Below the pieces are notes generated by a model. The model ran no database searches. It was given only the letters and a program-made list of their open reading frames with translations, and was not told the origin of the DNA. Position numbers and translations under genes: made by a program. Source: a virus (lineage: Duplodnaviria > Heunggongvirae > Uroviricota > Caudoviricetes). Taken from it: a DNA stretch of 64,000 nucleotides. Position 1 is the stretch's first letter; each line of letters starts with the position of its first letter. Below are positions 1 to 8,905 of this stretch, piece after piece. The stretch lies in the IMG/VR virus record IMGVR_UViG_3300011727_000001, positions 19,900 through 83,899 of that record; one strand, 5' to 3'.

Positions 1-516
1 CGCAGCCGAGCTTCACGGCATCTTTCAGTTCATCAAGAGCTTCAAAGGAAATCGCGGCACCGTTATCACCAGCCGCCAGAACCTGATCAGCCGGAGTCAG
101 CTTGCGGATACCATCGAATTCCTTCGTATTGGTGCCGCTATCGCCGATGATCAGAGTGCGACGGAACTTACGGCCGAGTGCTTTCGACTTAGCAGCAAGC
201 TGAATGGCAATCTGGTCATTGAGCGCGGACTGAACTTCGGTTGTGAAGTTGTCCATATCGACCTGACCAGCCAGAACCTTCAGACGAGTGTCCACTGGAA
301 TGAACTTAGCTGCACCTTCCGGCACATCTTCGTATTCCGACAGGAACTCACCTTCGCTCAGTTCGCCTTCGCGAACATACGAGTAGACCTTATCCTTGGC
401 CTGAGTGAATGGCAGAAGGGCGAAGAGTTCATCATTGTCGATGATTTCCTCGATAACGCCACGCTGCCGGTCTTCAATCGACAGCTTGTTGGCTTCTTCG
501 ACAAGCAGCGGCATTT
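1..516 (-). CDS. Probable major capsid protein, N-terminal ~172 codons; gene continues past the window start
   Basis: Open frame from ATG at 514-516 (SD AAGGAG 8 nt upstream) runs to position 1 with no stop. It sits directly downstream of the scaffold gene, in the terminase-portal-scaffold-capsid order. Assigned by position only. Confidence 0.45.
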
Positions 517-534
517 TAAAACTCCTTATGTTAG

Positions 535-584
535 TCAGTGCCGTCATGGTAAGTAACTGATTACTTATAATACCGTGACGGCAC
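535..584 (-). promoter_or_regulatory. Copy of the conserved promoter-like motif (GGTAAGTAACTGATTACTTATAATA) sitting in the loop of a 12-bp inverted repeat (TGCCGTCATGG / CCGTGACGGCA), upstream of the capsid gene
   Basis: Motif and inverted-repeat arms read directly from the sequence. Confidence 0.5.
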
Positions 585-605
585 AGGTTATTGCAAGCGA
601 ATTTT

Positions 606-637
606 CTTAGTAAGCGCTTACTTATCTGCTATAAAGC
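606..637 (-). promoter_or_regulatory. Conserved promoter-like motif (CTTAGTAAGCGCTTACTTATCTGCTATAAAGC); second copy upstream of the capsid gene
   Basis: Matches the TAAGTnnnTTACTTAT..TATAGC consensus seen 26 or more times in the window. Confidence 0.5.
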
Positions 638-650
638 AAAAATTATGCCT

Positions 651-1604
651 TTAATTACTCTTAGCGAGACCGGCTGCGATGCGAGAAGCGCCAAAAAGCT
701 GGTCACCCCGCTTAGCAATTTCCTGCTGAGACTGTGTGCCAGAGTTATTATGGCGTGAACCTGCACCCGGCGTCATCTTTGCCTTCATCAGGGAATCTTT
801 ATCCGGATCAGCCTCTACGATCTTGCGCAAAGCTGCATCAAAAGACAAAGGTTCGCCACCGGCGTCGACAAGAGGCGTGCGGCCGGATGCGCCAGCGGGC
901 TTGTCATAAGCGACCGTCTTACCGTCCTTCATCTCAAAGTGACTGCCGTAAAGAACGCGAGCTTTTGTAGGCGTCAGAACCAGATCTTCAGAAATGAATT
1001 TGGAGGTCGCAAAGTTTTGACCAACGGTGAGATTGTCGATGTCGCCAGAAAGGGTCTTGATCGTTCCCTGAAGCGTATTGCGTTCTTCATCCCATGCCTT
1101 GCGTTCAGCTTCGCGCTCTTCAGCGATACGCTGCTTCAGACGATCATATTCGCCTTTAGCTTCGAGATCCTTCTCTTCACGGGTCTTTTCCGCTTCGAGC
1201 AGAGCCTTCACCTTATCGAGATCGATGCCTTTGAACTTGGCCAGCTCGGTATTAGCCGTCAGCAGAGCTTCTTCAGTTTCCTTCAGTTTGCCCTTCTTTT
1301 CCATGACTTCGCGCAGGAGTTTGCTTTTCTCCTTTTCGCTTTCGCTCATGTTTTTTTCGGCTTCTTCCTGAGCTTTGCGGTCAGCTTCCGCTTTTTCCGC
1401 GGCAGCCTTTTCAGCAGCAGCTTTCTCGGCACTAGCCTTTTCTGCGGCCGCCTGCTCAGCGGCAGCTTTTTCCGCTTCACTTGGCTCAGTCGCGCCGCCG
1501 CCTGCTCCGGTTTCTGGAGCCAGGAATGGTTTAGGGCCGCGGCCTGACATAATGGTAGCGATACCACCGCCAGCAGCCAATGCACGTTTCAGGACAACAC
1601 TCAT
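651..1604 (-). CDS. Probable head scaffolding protein (Ala/Glu/Lys-rich coiled coil)
   Basis: 317 aa. Low-complexity AEKAAAEK repeats and heptad-like charged segments. Lies between the portal and capsid genes. Confidence 0.5.
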   Translation of the reverse strand: MSVVLKRALAAGGGIATIMSGRGPKPFLAPETGAGGGATEPSEAEKAAAEQAAAEKASAEKAAAEKAAAEKAEADRKAQEEAEKNMSESEKEKSKLLREVMEKKGKLKETEEALLTANTELAKFKGIDLDKVKALLEAEKTREEKDLEAKGEYDRLKQRIAEEREAERKAWDEERNTLQGTIKTLSGDIDNLTVGQNFATSKFISEDLVLTPTKARVLYGSHFEMKDGKTVAYDKPAGASGRTPLVDAGGEPLSFDAALRKIVEADPDKDSLMKAKMTPGAGSRHNNSGTQSQQEIAKRGDQLFGASRIAAGLAKSN

Positions 1605-1637
1605 ATTATCTCCTTTGACCAGTATCTCGGTCTATCT

Positions 1638-3278
1638 TCATTTTCGTCCGGTATCTTGGACTTCCTTTTGGCCTTTAGTAGCCGGTGATTTTTCATTCGG
1701 AGTATCCTTCGTGACCTGCCCCTGGCGGGACTGACCGGCGACCGGAGTTGAGCCGAATGAGGTTGGCGGCTGAAGGGAAATTTCCTCCCCCTCAAGCCAG
1801 TTGTTGATATCTTCTTGGATCTTCTGTTTGATGTCATTGCGCAGTTGCGGGAACAGCTTCTCAATCATAAGGCGCATATGCTCGCGACGGATTTCCGCTG
1901 GAGCCGTCAATTTCGCCAATGCCTCAGCTGTCACAAGATCATCAACCAGACGCATAACGTCGAAAGTGGTTGGATAGGTTACGAGGTTGTCCGTAGGCGT
2001 GGGAATACCCGCCCAACGACAAACCAGATCGACAATCTTATTTTCAGCGTTCTGACAGGACTGCGCTTTCGTCAGCAGGAGTGAATTCACACGCTCAAAG
2101 TCATATGCTTTGGCAACACCAGATGAGTTATCAATACCGACCGCGTTGTCCTGCTTGGTGCGTTCACCTGCCAAACCAATGGTGTGATAAATCTCGTTGA
2201 TGATTTTGTTAATCACCGCAAGAATAACGCCGGCCTGTTTCGGATCAGGCGACAGATACTCAGGCTTGGCACTTGAACCGGCGCCTGGATCATAAACAAA
2301 GACGCGCTTGGTGCCGAGTTCCAACACCTTGCTATACATATCATCACCGGCGGAAATAGCATTTGCCGGAATAGCCAACTGAGAGAAGGTCTGATCTTGA
2401 ATAATCGCATCAAGGTTTGACAAATAGTTGGTTACTGCGCGATCCAGATAAGCAATATCATCAATAAGCCCCTGAGCCTCATATGGCTGGGACTCGATAG
2501 TGTGATCATGCAAGATGACCGGGACAATACCGAGATCATGCGTCTGGCGATCAATCTCGCGCACCACGCGCTCAACTTTTCGGCCAGATTTAACCTCATA
2601 TTCTTCGAACAACACCCATTCATTGCGTGTCCAGAGGCGCATACGTTCGATAACTTCGCCTGAATCCTCGATTGGATCGGCATCGTTTCGTGTTAGTTCC
2701 CGAAGCTTGATCCACAGCAGACCACCGTCGCCATCTTCATCGTAAGCGTAATCAAGAATGTCCAGAGCATTGACCACGTAAGCATAGATACGAATATCTT
2801 GCTTTTTGGCTTCCGCAACAGAAATGGCTCGATTTGCTCCATTCTCGGTCTCTGTAACTCTCATGTTGTTATCGACCACGATAGCAACACGTCCAAAAAT
2901 GGAATTAGCGCCAGCCGACGAGCGCATGAATTGCGAGATGTCGTGACCATTCAAAGTGGTTCGTGACCAAAACTTTTTGACAATATCAGGCGCATCATCG
3001 AGCTTGCGAGCAATCGAGCCTTTAAAAAGGTATTTCTGAACGAGGTCGACCACCTCGCGAGTGTGGTTGAAGCGATAGGCGCGCTGCAGTCGCTTACCAA
3101 ACTCTTCCTCGCCTTCCTTGTGATAGCGAAAAATATTGTCCGTAAACCATGCCCGGCCGCCATTGTAGCAAGCTGAGAGAAAATGCCAGTGAGCCGCCAT
3201 AATATTATAGCGAGGATGACGCCGATCGTAGAAGGCGCGAAGTTTATTATTATGGTCTGCTTGTTTTACCGTTGCCAT
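1638..3278 (-). CDS. Portal protein
   Basis: 546 aa, immediately downstream of the large terminase gene. Size and position are typical of a portal, with an acidic/Gln-rich C-terminal tail. Confidence 0.55.
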   Translation of the reverse strand: MATVKQADHNNKLRAFYDRRHPRYNIMAAHWHFLSACYNGGRAWFTDNIFRYHKEGEEEFGKRLQRAYRFNHTREVVDLVQKYLFKGSIARKLDDAPDIVKKFWSRTTLNGHDISQFMRSSAGANSIFGRVAIVVDNNMRVTETENGANRAISVAEAKKQDIRIYAYVVNALDILDYAYDEDGDGGLLWIKLRELTRNDADPIEDSGEVIERMRLWTRNEWVLFEEYEVKSGRKVERVVREIDRQTHDLGIVPVILHDHTIESQPYEAQGLIDDIAYLDRAVTNYLSNLDAIIQDQTFSQLAIPANAISAGDDMYSKVLELGTKRVFVYDPGAGSSAKPEYLSPDPKQAGVILAVINKIINEIYHTIGLAGERTKQDNAVGIDNSSGVAKAYDFERVNSLLLTKAQSCQNAENKIVDLVCRWAGIPTPTDNLVTYPTTFDVMRLVDDLVTAEALAKLTAPAEIRREHMRLMIEKLFPQLRNDIKQKIQEDINNWLEGEEISLQPPTSFGSTPVAGQSRQGQVTKDTPNEKSPATKGQKEVQDTGRK

Positions 3279-3303
3279 ATCACAATCCCGATGTTCCTTA
3301 GAT

Positions 3304-3330
3304 ATTAAGTCAGCGCTTACTTATTTGCAA
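3304..3330 (-). promoter_or_regulatory. Conserved promoter-like motif upstream of the portal gene
   Basis: TAAGTCAGCGCTTACTTATTTGCAAGG, between the terminase stop codon and the portal start. Confidence 0.45.
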
Positions 3331-3332
3331 GG

Positions 3333-4601
3333 TTACAAAGAAATACCGAGAATTTTGATATCGCGAACCGGATATTCGAGATCAGCAAAGTAACCGAACG
3401 CATCCGCGGCGTGTTCGACGCCGGCAGATTTATCAACCTCACGAGTGCCAGGTTTGTAAATTGTCTGCTCCAGGGCGTTGATGAAGTGACGGCATTTGCG
3501 GTTCACGCGTAAACGAACCACTCCCTCCGCTGTCTTCAGAAGACGATTAACCGAGTTAACGCGATCAGCGACGGCCGGATGCTTGCGCTTGAATTTGATA
3601 TTGGTGAAACCAGCCTCTCGAAGAATGTCCAAATCGGACTCCCCTCGCCCATGGGATCGGTTGTTGCCAGCAGGGTCGGGGTAGATCCGGATCTGGTTCA
3701 TCTGGCGATAATAGCGTTTGGCTAATTCATCCGCGGTCTCCTGCGTATTCGAACCAAACAGAACACACTCATCCACGACCCAGATTTCGCCATTCGGTTG
3801 CTCTTGAATAATCACCGATGACATTGGATCGATGTTAAAATCCTGACCGATGTAAATTGGCAAATGTGGATTGAATTCGTAATCACCGACATGAATTTTT
3901 CGATCGAAGGAGTAATAGACGCGACCAGACATCGTTTCAAAGGACGCTTCAAACTCTTGACGGAAGGATTTTTCATCCATATCTCGCCGAGCCTGCTCGA
4001 TCTCCTTTTTAGGAATGAAAGGCGAAGTAATTGTCGGAAACTGCCATGATTTCCAGGCGTTGACGACATTTCGACCTTTCTCATCCTTATAAGTATCGCC
4101 GCGCTGGCCTTCCATGTATTTTTCATAGAGCCAGTTGAACGATTTAGGCGTGCCAATAAATATAACGCGACCACCGGTGGTCGCCAAAGTCGGACGAAGA
4201 ACGGTTTCCCAAGTTTCCTCTTTAACGTCCTGCGCTTCATCAATAACCAGGAAGTTAATACCAACACCGCGGAGTGAATCCGGTTTGTCGGCGCCCTTGA
4301 GCATGATCTTCGATCCATTGATGAGATGGATTGTCATTCGCGTTTCGTTTACGCGTTTAATCCATTTCGCCGGAATAGAGTTCTTCAGATCATCCCAAAG
4401 AATGTCGCGTGCCATCTGATATGTCGGTGCTACATACCAGACTAATTGGTTCTTCTTTTCTGAGGCCGCCTGAATAAGGGCGATCTTACAAACCTGAGTT
4501 TTACCCCAGCGGCGCCCAGCCACAATCACTCGGTATCGACGAGGATCGCGAAGAACACGTTTTTGACCGAGATGAACCTTAAGCTGACCAGGCGCAATCA
4601 T
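3333..4601 (-). CDS. Terminase large subunit
   Basis: 422 aa. Walker A VIVAGRRWGKT near the N-terminus, Walker B-like VIDEAQ, and a C-terminal RNase-H-like nuclease region (GQDFNIDPMS...DPAG). Confidence 0.85.
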   Translation of the reverse strand: MIAPGQLKVHLGQKRVLRDPRRYRVIVAGRRWGKTQVCKIALIQAASEKKNQLVWYVAPTYQMARDILWDDLKNSIPAKWIKRVNETRMTIHLINGSKIMLKGADKPDSLRGVGINFLVIDEAQDVKEETWETVLRPTLATTGGRVIFIGTPKSFNWLYEKYMEGQRGDTYKDEKGRNVVNAWKSWQFPTITSPFIPKKEIEQARRDMDEKSFRQEFEASFETMSGRVYYSFDRKIHVGDYEFNPHLPIYIGQDFNIDPMSSVIIQEQPNGEIWVVDECVLFGSNTQETADELAKRYYRQMNQIRIYPDPAGNNRSHGRGESDLDILREAGFTNIKFKRKHPAVADRVNSVNRLLKTAEGVVRLRVNRKCRHFINALEQTIYKPGTREVDKSAGVEHAADAFGYFADLEYPVRDIKILGISL

Positions 4602-5263
4602 GCTGAAACTCCGGTCAGATCCTGATCGACAGACTTCAGCAACTCCTCGATATCAGTATCTTCATCAAGAGCGCCAATATCGCGATGATGTTGAACGATA
4701 TCTTCCGCGGTAAGATCGATCAGTGGCAGTTCAGGCAGATCCGCGACGTCAACTTCTTCATCAGCTCGCAGAATTTTATGTAGGCGAGCTTCAACGCCTT
4801 CGATCATCGTAAGCTGAAACCGACGAATGGCTTTAAGATCATCATCAATAGCCGCCATAGCGCCGCCAGCTTTGATCTGATCCTGGACAATCTTGGCCGC
4901 GATAGCGGAAGCTTGCTTAATCAGCTGGTAGCCCTGCAGCCGCGTTTCTTCGATCCAGCCTGCCTTCTTAGCCGCAAATGTTTCAGAGCGTGCTGCGGCC
5001 GCCGCTGCTTGATTTAACGCCGCTTGTTGAACAGCACTCTGCACCTCATGAGCACGCGAGCCGCGTTTAATGCCGTGATTTTTAAAACGCTGGGATAGAT
5101 TTTGCCGAGAAACGCCAAATTCGTCAGCGAGTTCGCCAACGCCCTTCGTTCCCAGTTCGTAGCATTCTACGATTTGAGCCCATTCCGCATCTGAAAGACG
5201 GCGGGACTTTTTGTCATCTCCGGACGTGTCCTCATTCAAACCGGAGATATTTTCATCAGACAT
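4598..5263 (-). CDS. Putative terminase small subunit (N-terminal HTH DNA-binding protein)
   Basis: 221 aa. Overlaps the TerL start by 4 nt. HTH-like segment EWAQIVECYELGTKGVGELADEFGVSRQNLSQR. Confidence 0.5.
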   Translation of the reverse strand: MSDENISGLNEDTSGDDKKSRRLSDAEWAQIVECYELGTKGVGELADEFGVSRQNLSQRFKNHGIKRGSRAHEVQSAVQQAALNQAAAAAARSETFAAKKAGWIEETRLQGYQLIKQASAIAAKIVQDQIKAGGAMAAIDDDLKAIRRFQLTMIEGVEARLHKILRADEEVDVADLPELPLIDLTAEDIVQHHRDIGALDEDTDIEELLKSVDQDLTGVSA

Positions 5264-5273
5264 AAACCTATAA

Positions 5274-5304
5274 CCTTAACTAAGCGCTTACTTATAGACT
5301 AGCC
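5274..5304 (-). promoter_or_regulatory. Conserved promoter-like motif upstream of the TerS gene
   Basis: CCTTAACTAAGCGCTTACTTATAGACTAGCC, 11 nt upstream of the start codon. Confidence 0.45.
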
Positions 5305-5329
5305 GGAGAAGCATTCCCTGTCCACTTTC

Positions 5330-5360
5330 TTAATAAGTAATTAATTACTTAATATAATAA
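5330..5360. promoter_or_regulatory. Perfectly palindromic variant of the motif (TAAGTAATTAATTACTTA)
   Basis: 18-bp perfect palindrome read directly; AT-rich surroundings. Confidence 0.4.
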
Positions 5361-5407
5361 CTATAAGATTAGTAAGAGAAAGGATGAGGGAAACTCTCCG
5401 GATCGTC

Positions 5408-5665
5408 TCAAAGACCCCCTACCCTAAACCAGTCATACGCTTTTATTGTCGGTCGAACGATTTTACTCATTCCGGAACGCTCAAGCTCGACGATGCCGCG
5501 TTTTGACAAAAATCTTAATGACGTTCGTAGCGAGCCGTAGGCACATTTGTAAGGAAGCGCCTGATGCAGCTCTGTTATAGTGTAGAAAGATCCGACATCT
5601 GCGGCCTCCAATACCAGAAACATAATTTGGCGCTGTTTATCTGTTCGCTTTGGTTTATACGACAT
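5408..5665 (-). CDS. Small winged-helix DNA-binding protein
   Basis: 85 aa. wHTH-like TITELHQALPYKCAYGSLRTSLRFLSKRGIVE. Overlaps the upstream GNAT gene stop. Confidence 0.35.
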   Translation of the reverse strand: MSYKPKRTDKQRQIMFLVLEAADVGSFYTITELHQALPYKCAYGSLRTSLRFLSKRGIVELERSGMSKIVRPTIKAYDWFRVGGL

Positions 5666-6575
5666 TGAGTTTCAGCCTTTCATTTGGACGCTGAAGATCA
5701 AACTGCGTAATGGGTAAACAATCCGGCACACTGCCTTTAGGATCTGGACATTTCCAAATTCCATACATTGGAGATGCGAGGCTCATCTGCTGGATACCTT
5801 TGATTACCTCAACAGTGGTCATAGCCGCCACGCGCGCTGCGCCTCGCTCGCGATTAGCGCCAGTATTTTCAAGCGCCGAGTTCTTTAGGTAGAAATCCTT
5901 ACAAGCTTGCACCAGCTTTTCAGCCGCCGCCGGGCTTTTACTTTCGATCTCTGATACGATCGCCAAGTAATCCTGCGGTGATGCCTCAAAATGCGAGCGG
6001 AAAAATTTCAGACCGGCTTCAAACTTGTTTGCGTTTCTAGGCTCGACAAAACGAAAGCCGGCCTTCTGTCCGAACAGATTAAACTTGGACATCGACGATT
6101 GAATTTCCATGAAGGTATTACCCTCCATGCGCGATACCAAATTCATCATGCGATAACCGACGCCAATTCCGCGATACATCGTGTCCACGACAAAACGAGA
6201 GATGACGCGAAAATTGGCGTTGATGTAGTTATATCTGTTCGTGTTTGTCAGCCGCGTCTCGCCTGAGCCCGGCGCCAGATTAGGAAACACCATATGGCGC
6301 TCACGCAGCATACCTTTTGGCGAACCAGTGACAATCACGCCGATCGTTTCATCGAATAATCTCAAGCGCCAGTATCGCGGCCCAAACGGAAGAGCTTCGG
6401 CTTTGTAATGAAGATCATGGAGTAGATCCCAATCGGCTTTAGTTCCGCGCTCAACAACCATTTCACGGGCGAGTGCGAAATTCGCTCTAGGGCTGGCATT
6501 ACGCTGAATAAGCGTGTCTGTATCAAAAGCGCTCATAACGCTTACCCTCGCGCTTCTGCGCTCGTTTACGCGCAT
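5655..6575 (-). CDS. GNAT-family acetyltransferase domain protein; true start possibly ATG at 6536
   Basis: GNAT motif A-like VVDTMYRGIGVGYRMMNLV. An internal ATG at 6536 overlaps the stop of the upstream small ORF. Confidence 0.4.
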   Translation of the reverse strand: MRVNERRSARVSVMSAFDTDTLIQRNASPRANFALAREMVVERGTKADWDLLHDLHYKAEALPFGPRYWRLRLFDETIGVIVTGSPKGMLRERHMVFPNLAPGSGETRLTNTNRYNYINANFRVISRFVVDTMYRGIGVGYRMMNLVSRMEGNTFMEIQSSMSKFNLFGQKAGFRFVEPRNANKFEAGLKFFRSHFEASPQDYLAIVSEIESKSPAAAEKLVQACKDFYLKNSALENTGANRERGAARVAAMTTVEVIKGIQQMSLASPMYGIWKCPDPKGSVPDCLPITQFDLQRPNERLKLNVV

Positions 6576-6687
6576 ACCAGTAGACGTGTGCTTTAGTAAT
6601 CAGCAAATGAGTGACGTTCTTCAGCCCGATTGCTAACCAGATCAGTAAGAATACGGTTACGAGAATAGAAAAACCTGTAGGTGTCAT
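6517..6687 (-). CDS. Small membrane peptide (~57 aa, one TM)
   Basis: MTPTGFSILVTVFLLIWLAIGLKN.... Overlaps neighbouring genes at both ends. Below the 60-aa cutoff of the ORF track. Confidence 0.3.
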
Positions 6688-6800
6688 TCGTCATCTCCAT
6701 TTCGCTTCTTCAAAACTTTGAATTCGAGATAAGCGACGAAGAGAATTATACCGACGAACCAAATCGTCAGTTCCTGAATGGCGTAGCTAAAATCGGCCAT
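6684..6800 (-). CDS. Small membrane peptide (~38 aa, one TM)
   Basis: MADFSYAIQELTIWFVGIILFVAYLEFKVLKK. Its start overlaps the stop of the upstream ORF (ATGGCCGATTTTAG). Confidence 0.3.
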   Translation of the reverse strand: MADFSYAIQELTIWFVGIILFVAYLEFKVLKKRNGDDE

Positions 6801-7011
6801 TATATTCTCTCCACCATTTAAGCGTTTTATCGCAGTGGTTATGATCCAGCCGATCAAGAACGTGGCAGAGAACACAACCCCACCGCTTGCGATGACTTCG
6901 AGCCTGCGCGGCGCGATAAGAAACTGTTTCCGTAGGTCGCCCGCCCAAAAGAGAATTTATGAGGATCGACAAAGCGACGCCGATCGTATGTAGGTAGCTA
7001 ATTACGGACAT
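6787..7011 (-). CDS. Small membrane protein (~74 aa)
   Basis: MSVISYLHTIGVALSILINSLLGG..., with a C-terminal CVLCHVLDRLDHNHC segment. Confidence 0.3.
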   Translation of the reverse strand: MSVISYLHTIGVALSILINSLLGGRPTETVSYRAAQARSHRKRWGCVLCHVLDRLDHNHCDKTLKWWREYNGRF

Positions 7012-7105
7012 AGACCAGCTCCTGATGAGCGATAACAGGCGCAACGCCTGAGCAGGTCGAAAGAAATAGCGCAATAGCTAAAGCGCCAAATAGCTTTTTA
7101 GGCAT
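7001..7105 (-). CDS. Small signal-peptide / lipoprotein-like peptide (~34 aa)
   Basis: MPKKLFGALAIALFLSTCSG.... Its ATG overlaps the ABC ATPase stop codon (ATGCCTAA). Confidence 0.25.
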
Positions 7106-7742
7106 TGTGACCTCCGCGCTCAATGTCGACCTTCTCGCGAAATCGCTTTGTGATGGTCAAATCCGGGCCGAGTTCTTCCGCCAAATCTGTGTGAGTTGTG
7201 GCGACCATGAGTGTTTTACCAAGCCGCCGGGCGATCTTTTGGATATTAAAAGCAACGATTTTGGCTGTGACGCGATCCAGAACGGCGCCAAACTCGTCGG
7301 CGATCCAAACATCAGCATCTTGCTCCATGATCTTTGCGAGCTTCAGCCGGTAGCGCTGGCCGTCCGACAACTCGGAAGGCTTGCGAATATAGATCCAGGC
7401 ATCGGAGATACCGGCTTTCGCCAGGAGATCGGTCGCCTCGACGGTGGAATTGCCAACCAGGTCGATTACGGGCTTCTCTTCGAGGACGATTTCACCGAGA
7501 TCTGCAATCTTTTTACCTTCGCTCAGCATTTGGGCTTTTAAATCGCGCAACAATAGCGACTTGCCAGAGCCCGACTGACCGGTGATGTAAACAACGTCGC
7601 CTTGATCGATATTAACCTTCAGGTTGTCGTAAATAACGAACTCTTTATCCGACAAAGCCAAACCAAAGCTCTCACCGATCTCAAGCACGCGCGGTGAGCG
7701 CTCAACATTGGATTTGAATGCGCGAGAGATGGTGTATTCCAT
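7098..7742 (-). CDS. Stand-alone ABC-type ATPase (nucleotide-binding domain only, 214 aa)
   Basis: Walker A GQSGSGKS, signature LSDGQRYRL, Walker B DVWIADE, H-loop TTHTD. No transmembrane domain. Confidence 0.7.
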   Translation of the reverse strand: MEYTISRAFKSNVERSPRVLEIGESFGLALSDKEFVIYDNLKVNIDQGDVVYITGQSGSGKSLLLRDLKAQMLSEGKKIADLGEIVLEEKPVIDLVGNSTVEATDLLAKAGISDAWIYIRKPSELSDGQRYRLKLAKIMEQDADVWIADEFGAVLDRVTAKIVAFNIQKIARRLGKTLMVATTHTDLAEELGPDLTITKRFREKVDIERGGHNA

Positions 7743-8075
7743 TTATTCTTCCATTTGCTCTGTAGTGGCGATATCGGCTAACGCAAGTCTGACGGTCTCC
7801 AGGTATCCAAGCATCATCATCGCTGAAACATCCGGTCTGTCGTCCTCAGGTAGAATTAGCTCCGAGATGAATTTCATTTCTTTCGCGTCCCATCCGAGTA
7901 TTAGACATCCGGTGTAGCGCCCTTCCCTCGCCTCCTTCGCGAACTCCTGAAAGGCGAGGGCGGTATCGACGTCATAGTCGCCCCGCTCTTCTTCAACTGA
8001 CACATCCGGATTAGTCGCCGGCGAAATCTCCTCTCGTGTTGTGATTGAGATTACTTTTCCCGGCGCCTCTTCCAT
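7743..8075 (-). CDS. Hypothetical acidic protein
   Basis: 110 aa; abuts the ABC ATPase start. Confidence 0.35.
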   Translation of the reverse strand: MEEAPGKVISITTREEISPATNPDVSVEEERGDYDVDTALAFQEFAKEAREGRYTGCLILGWDAKEMKFISELILPEDDRPDVSAMMMLGYLETVRLALADIATTEQMEE

Positions 8076-8089
8076 AAGTCACCTCTTAC

Positions 8090-8779
8090 TTATGATCTTT
8101 GATCAATATATGCGACAAAGGCATCCGCACCTTTCTGCCCCGTCTCATCTTCAATACGGGACATGAAATCGCGAATGATGCGTGATTGAGAGATGGATAC
8201 ACGTTTGAAACCGAGCGCATCAGCGACCGGCGCCGCAGTATCATCAACCTCTTCAGTTTTTTGAATATTAGCCTGCTGCTGAGCCTCAACCGCCTCACTA
8301 ATATTTTCTACGAAGAAATCATCATTGATTTCACCGAGGTCTGCAGTTGAAAAATCCAGCTCTTTTTCATCAAAACCAAGCGTGGTCAGATCGATATCTG
8401 TTTCCGCCAACCGGCGCAGTTCGTCTTGAATGAGAGCCATATCGTAAGATTGGCCCGTCACTCGGTTATCTGCCAAACGAAGTGCGTCGGCTTGGTCTTT
8501 GGTTAGGTCAGAACGAACAATAACCGGCACACGTTTACGACCGAGTTTGATGGCGGCCAGACGACGGCCATGACCTGCGATGATCTCGCCGTTTGTCCAA
8601 ATGACAATAGGCTGTGTCCAGCCATAGGTCAGAATAGAGTTTGCCAGTTTCTCGACTTCACCTTCAGGGTGATTTTTCGCATTAAGCGCATATGGAACGA
8701 GCTTATCGACATCCCATAGCTCAATTTTGGGCTGATCACTCATCATAGGTCTTTCTATAAATATCCATAAGTTCTTCAC
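8090..8779 (-). CDS. ParB-like nuclease domain protein 1; start probably at MMSDQ near 8746
   Basis: ParB N-terminal box GHGRRLAA, plus conserved ParB/Srx-like surroundings. Confidence 0.6.
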   Translation of the reverse strand: MKNLWIFIERPMMSDQPKIELWDVDKLVPYALNAKNHPEGEVEKLANSILTYGWTQPIVIWTNGEIIAGHGRRLAAIKLGRKRVPVIVRSDLTKDQADALRLADNRVTGQSYDMALIQDELRRLAETDIDLTTLGFDEKELDFSTADLGEINDDFFVENISEAVEAQQQANIQKTEEVDDTAAPVADALGFKRVSISQSRIIRDFMSRIEDETGQKGADAFVAYIDQRS

Positions 8780-8905
8780 GAGAAGGTTGGCGATTACTTA
8801 TGCGCGGTTCGAAGAATTCCCCTGCCCCACATTCGTCGCACTCCTCGCGCGTAAACTTCGTGGAATAAAAGCGACATCCTGTGCATTCGGGAAACTTCGG
8901 CTCTT

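Noticed and set aside
939-1734. Plus-strand ORFs (202, 97, 119 aa) antisense to the scaffold gene
   Set aside because: Mirror-image low-complexity frames of the AEK-repeat scaffold coding sequence. The same reasoning applies to antisense ORFs inside the helicase (10379-11188), rIIA (46490-48394), sbcC (57015-57917) and other long genes.
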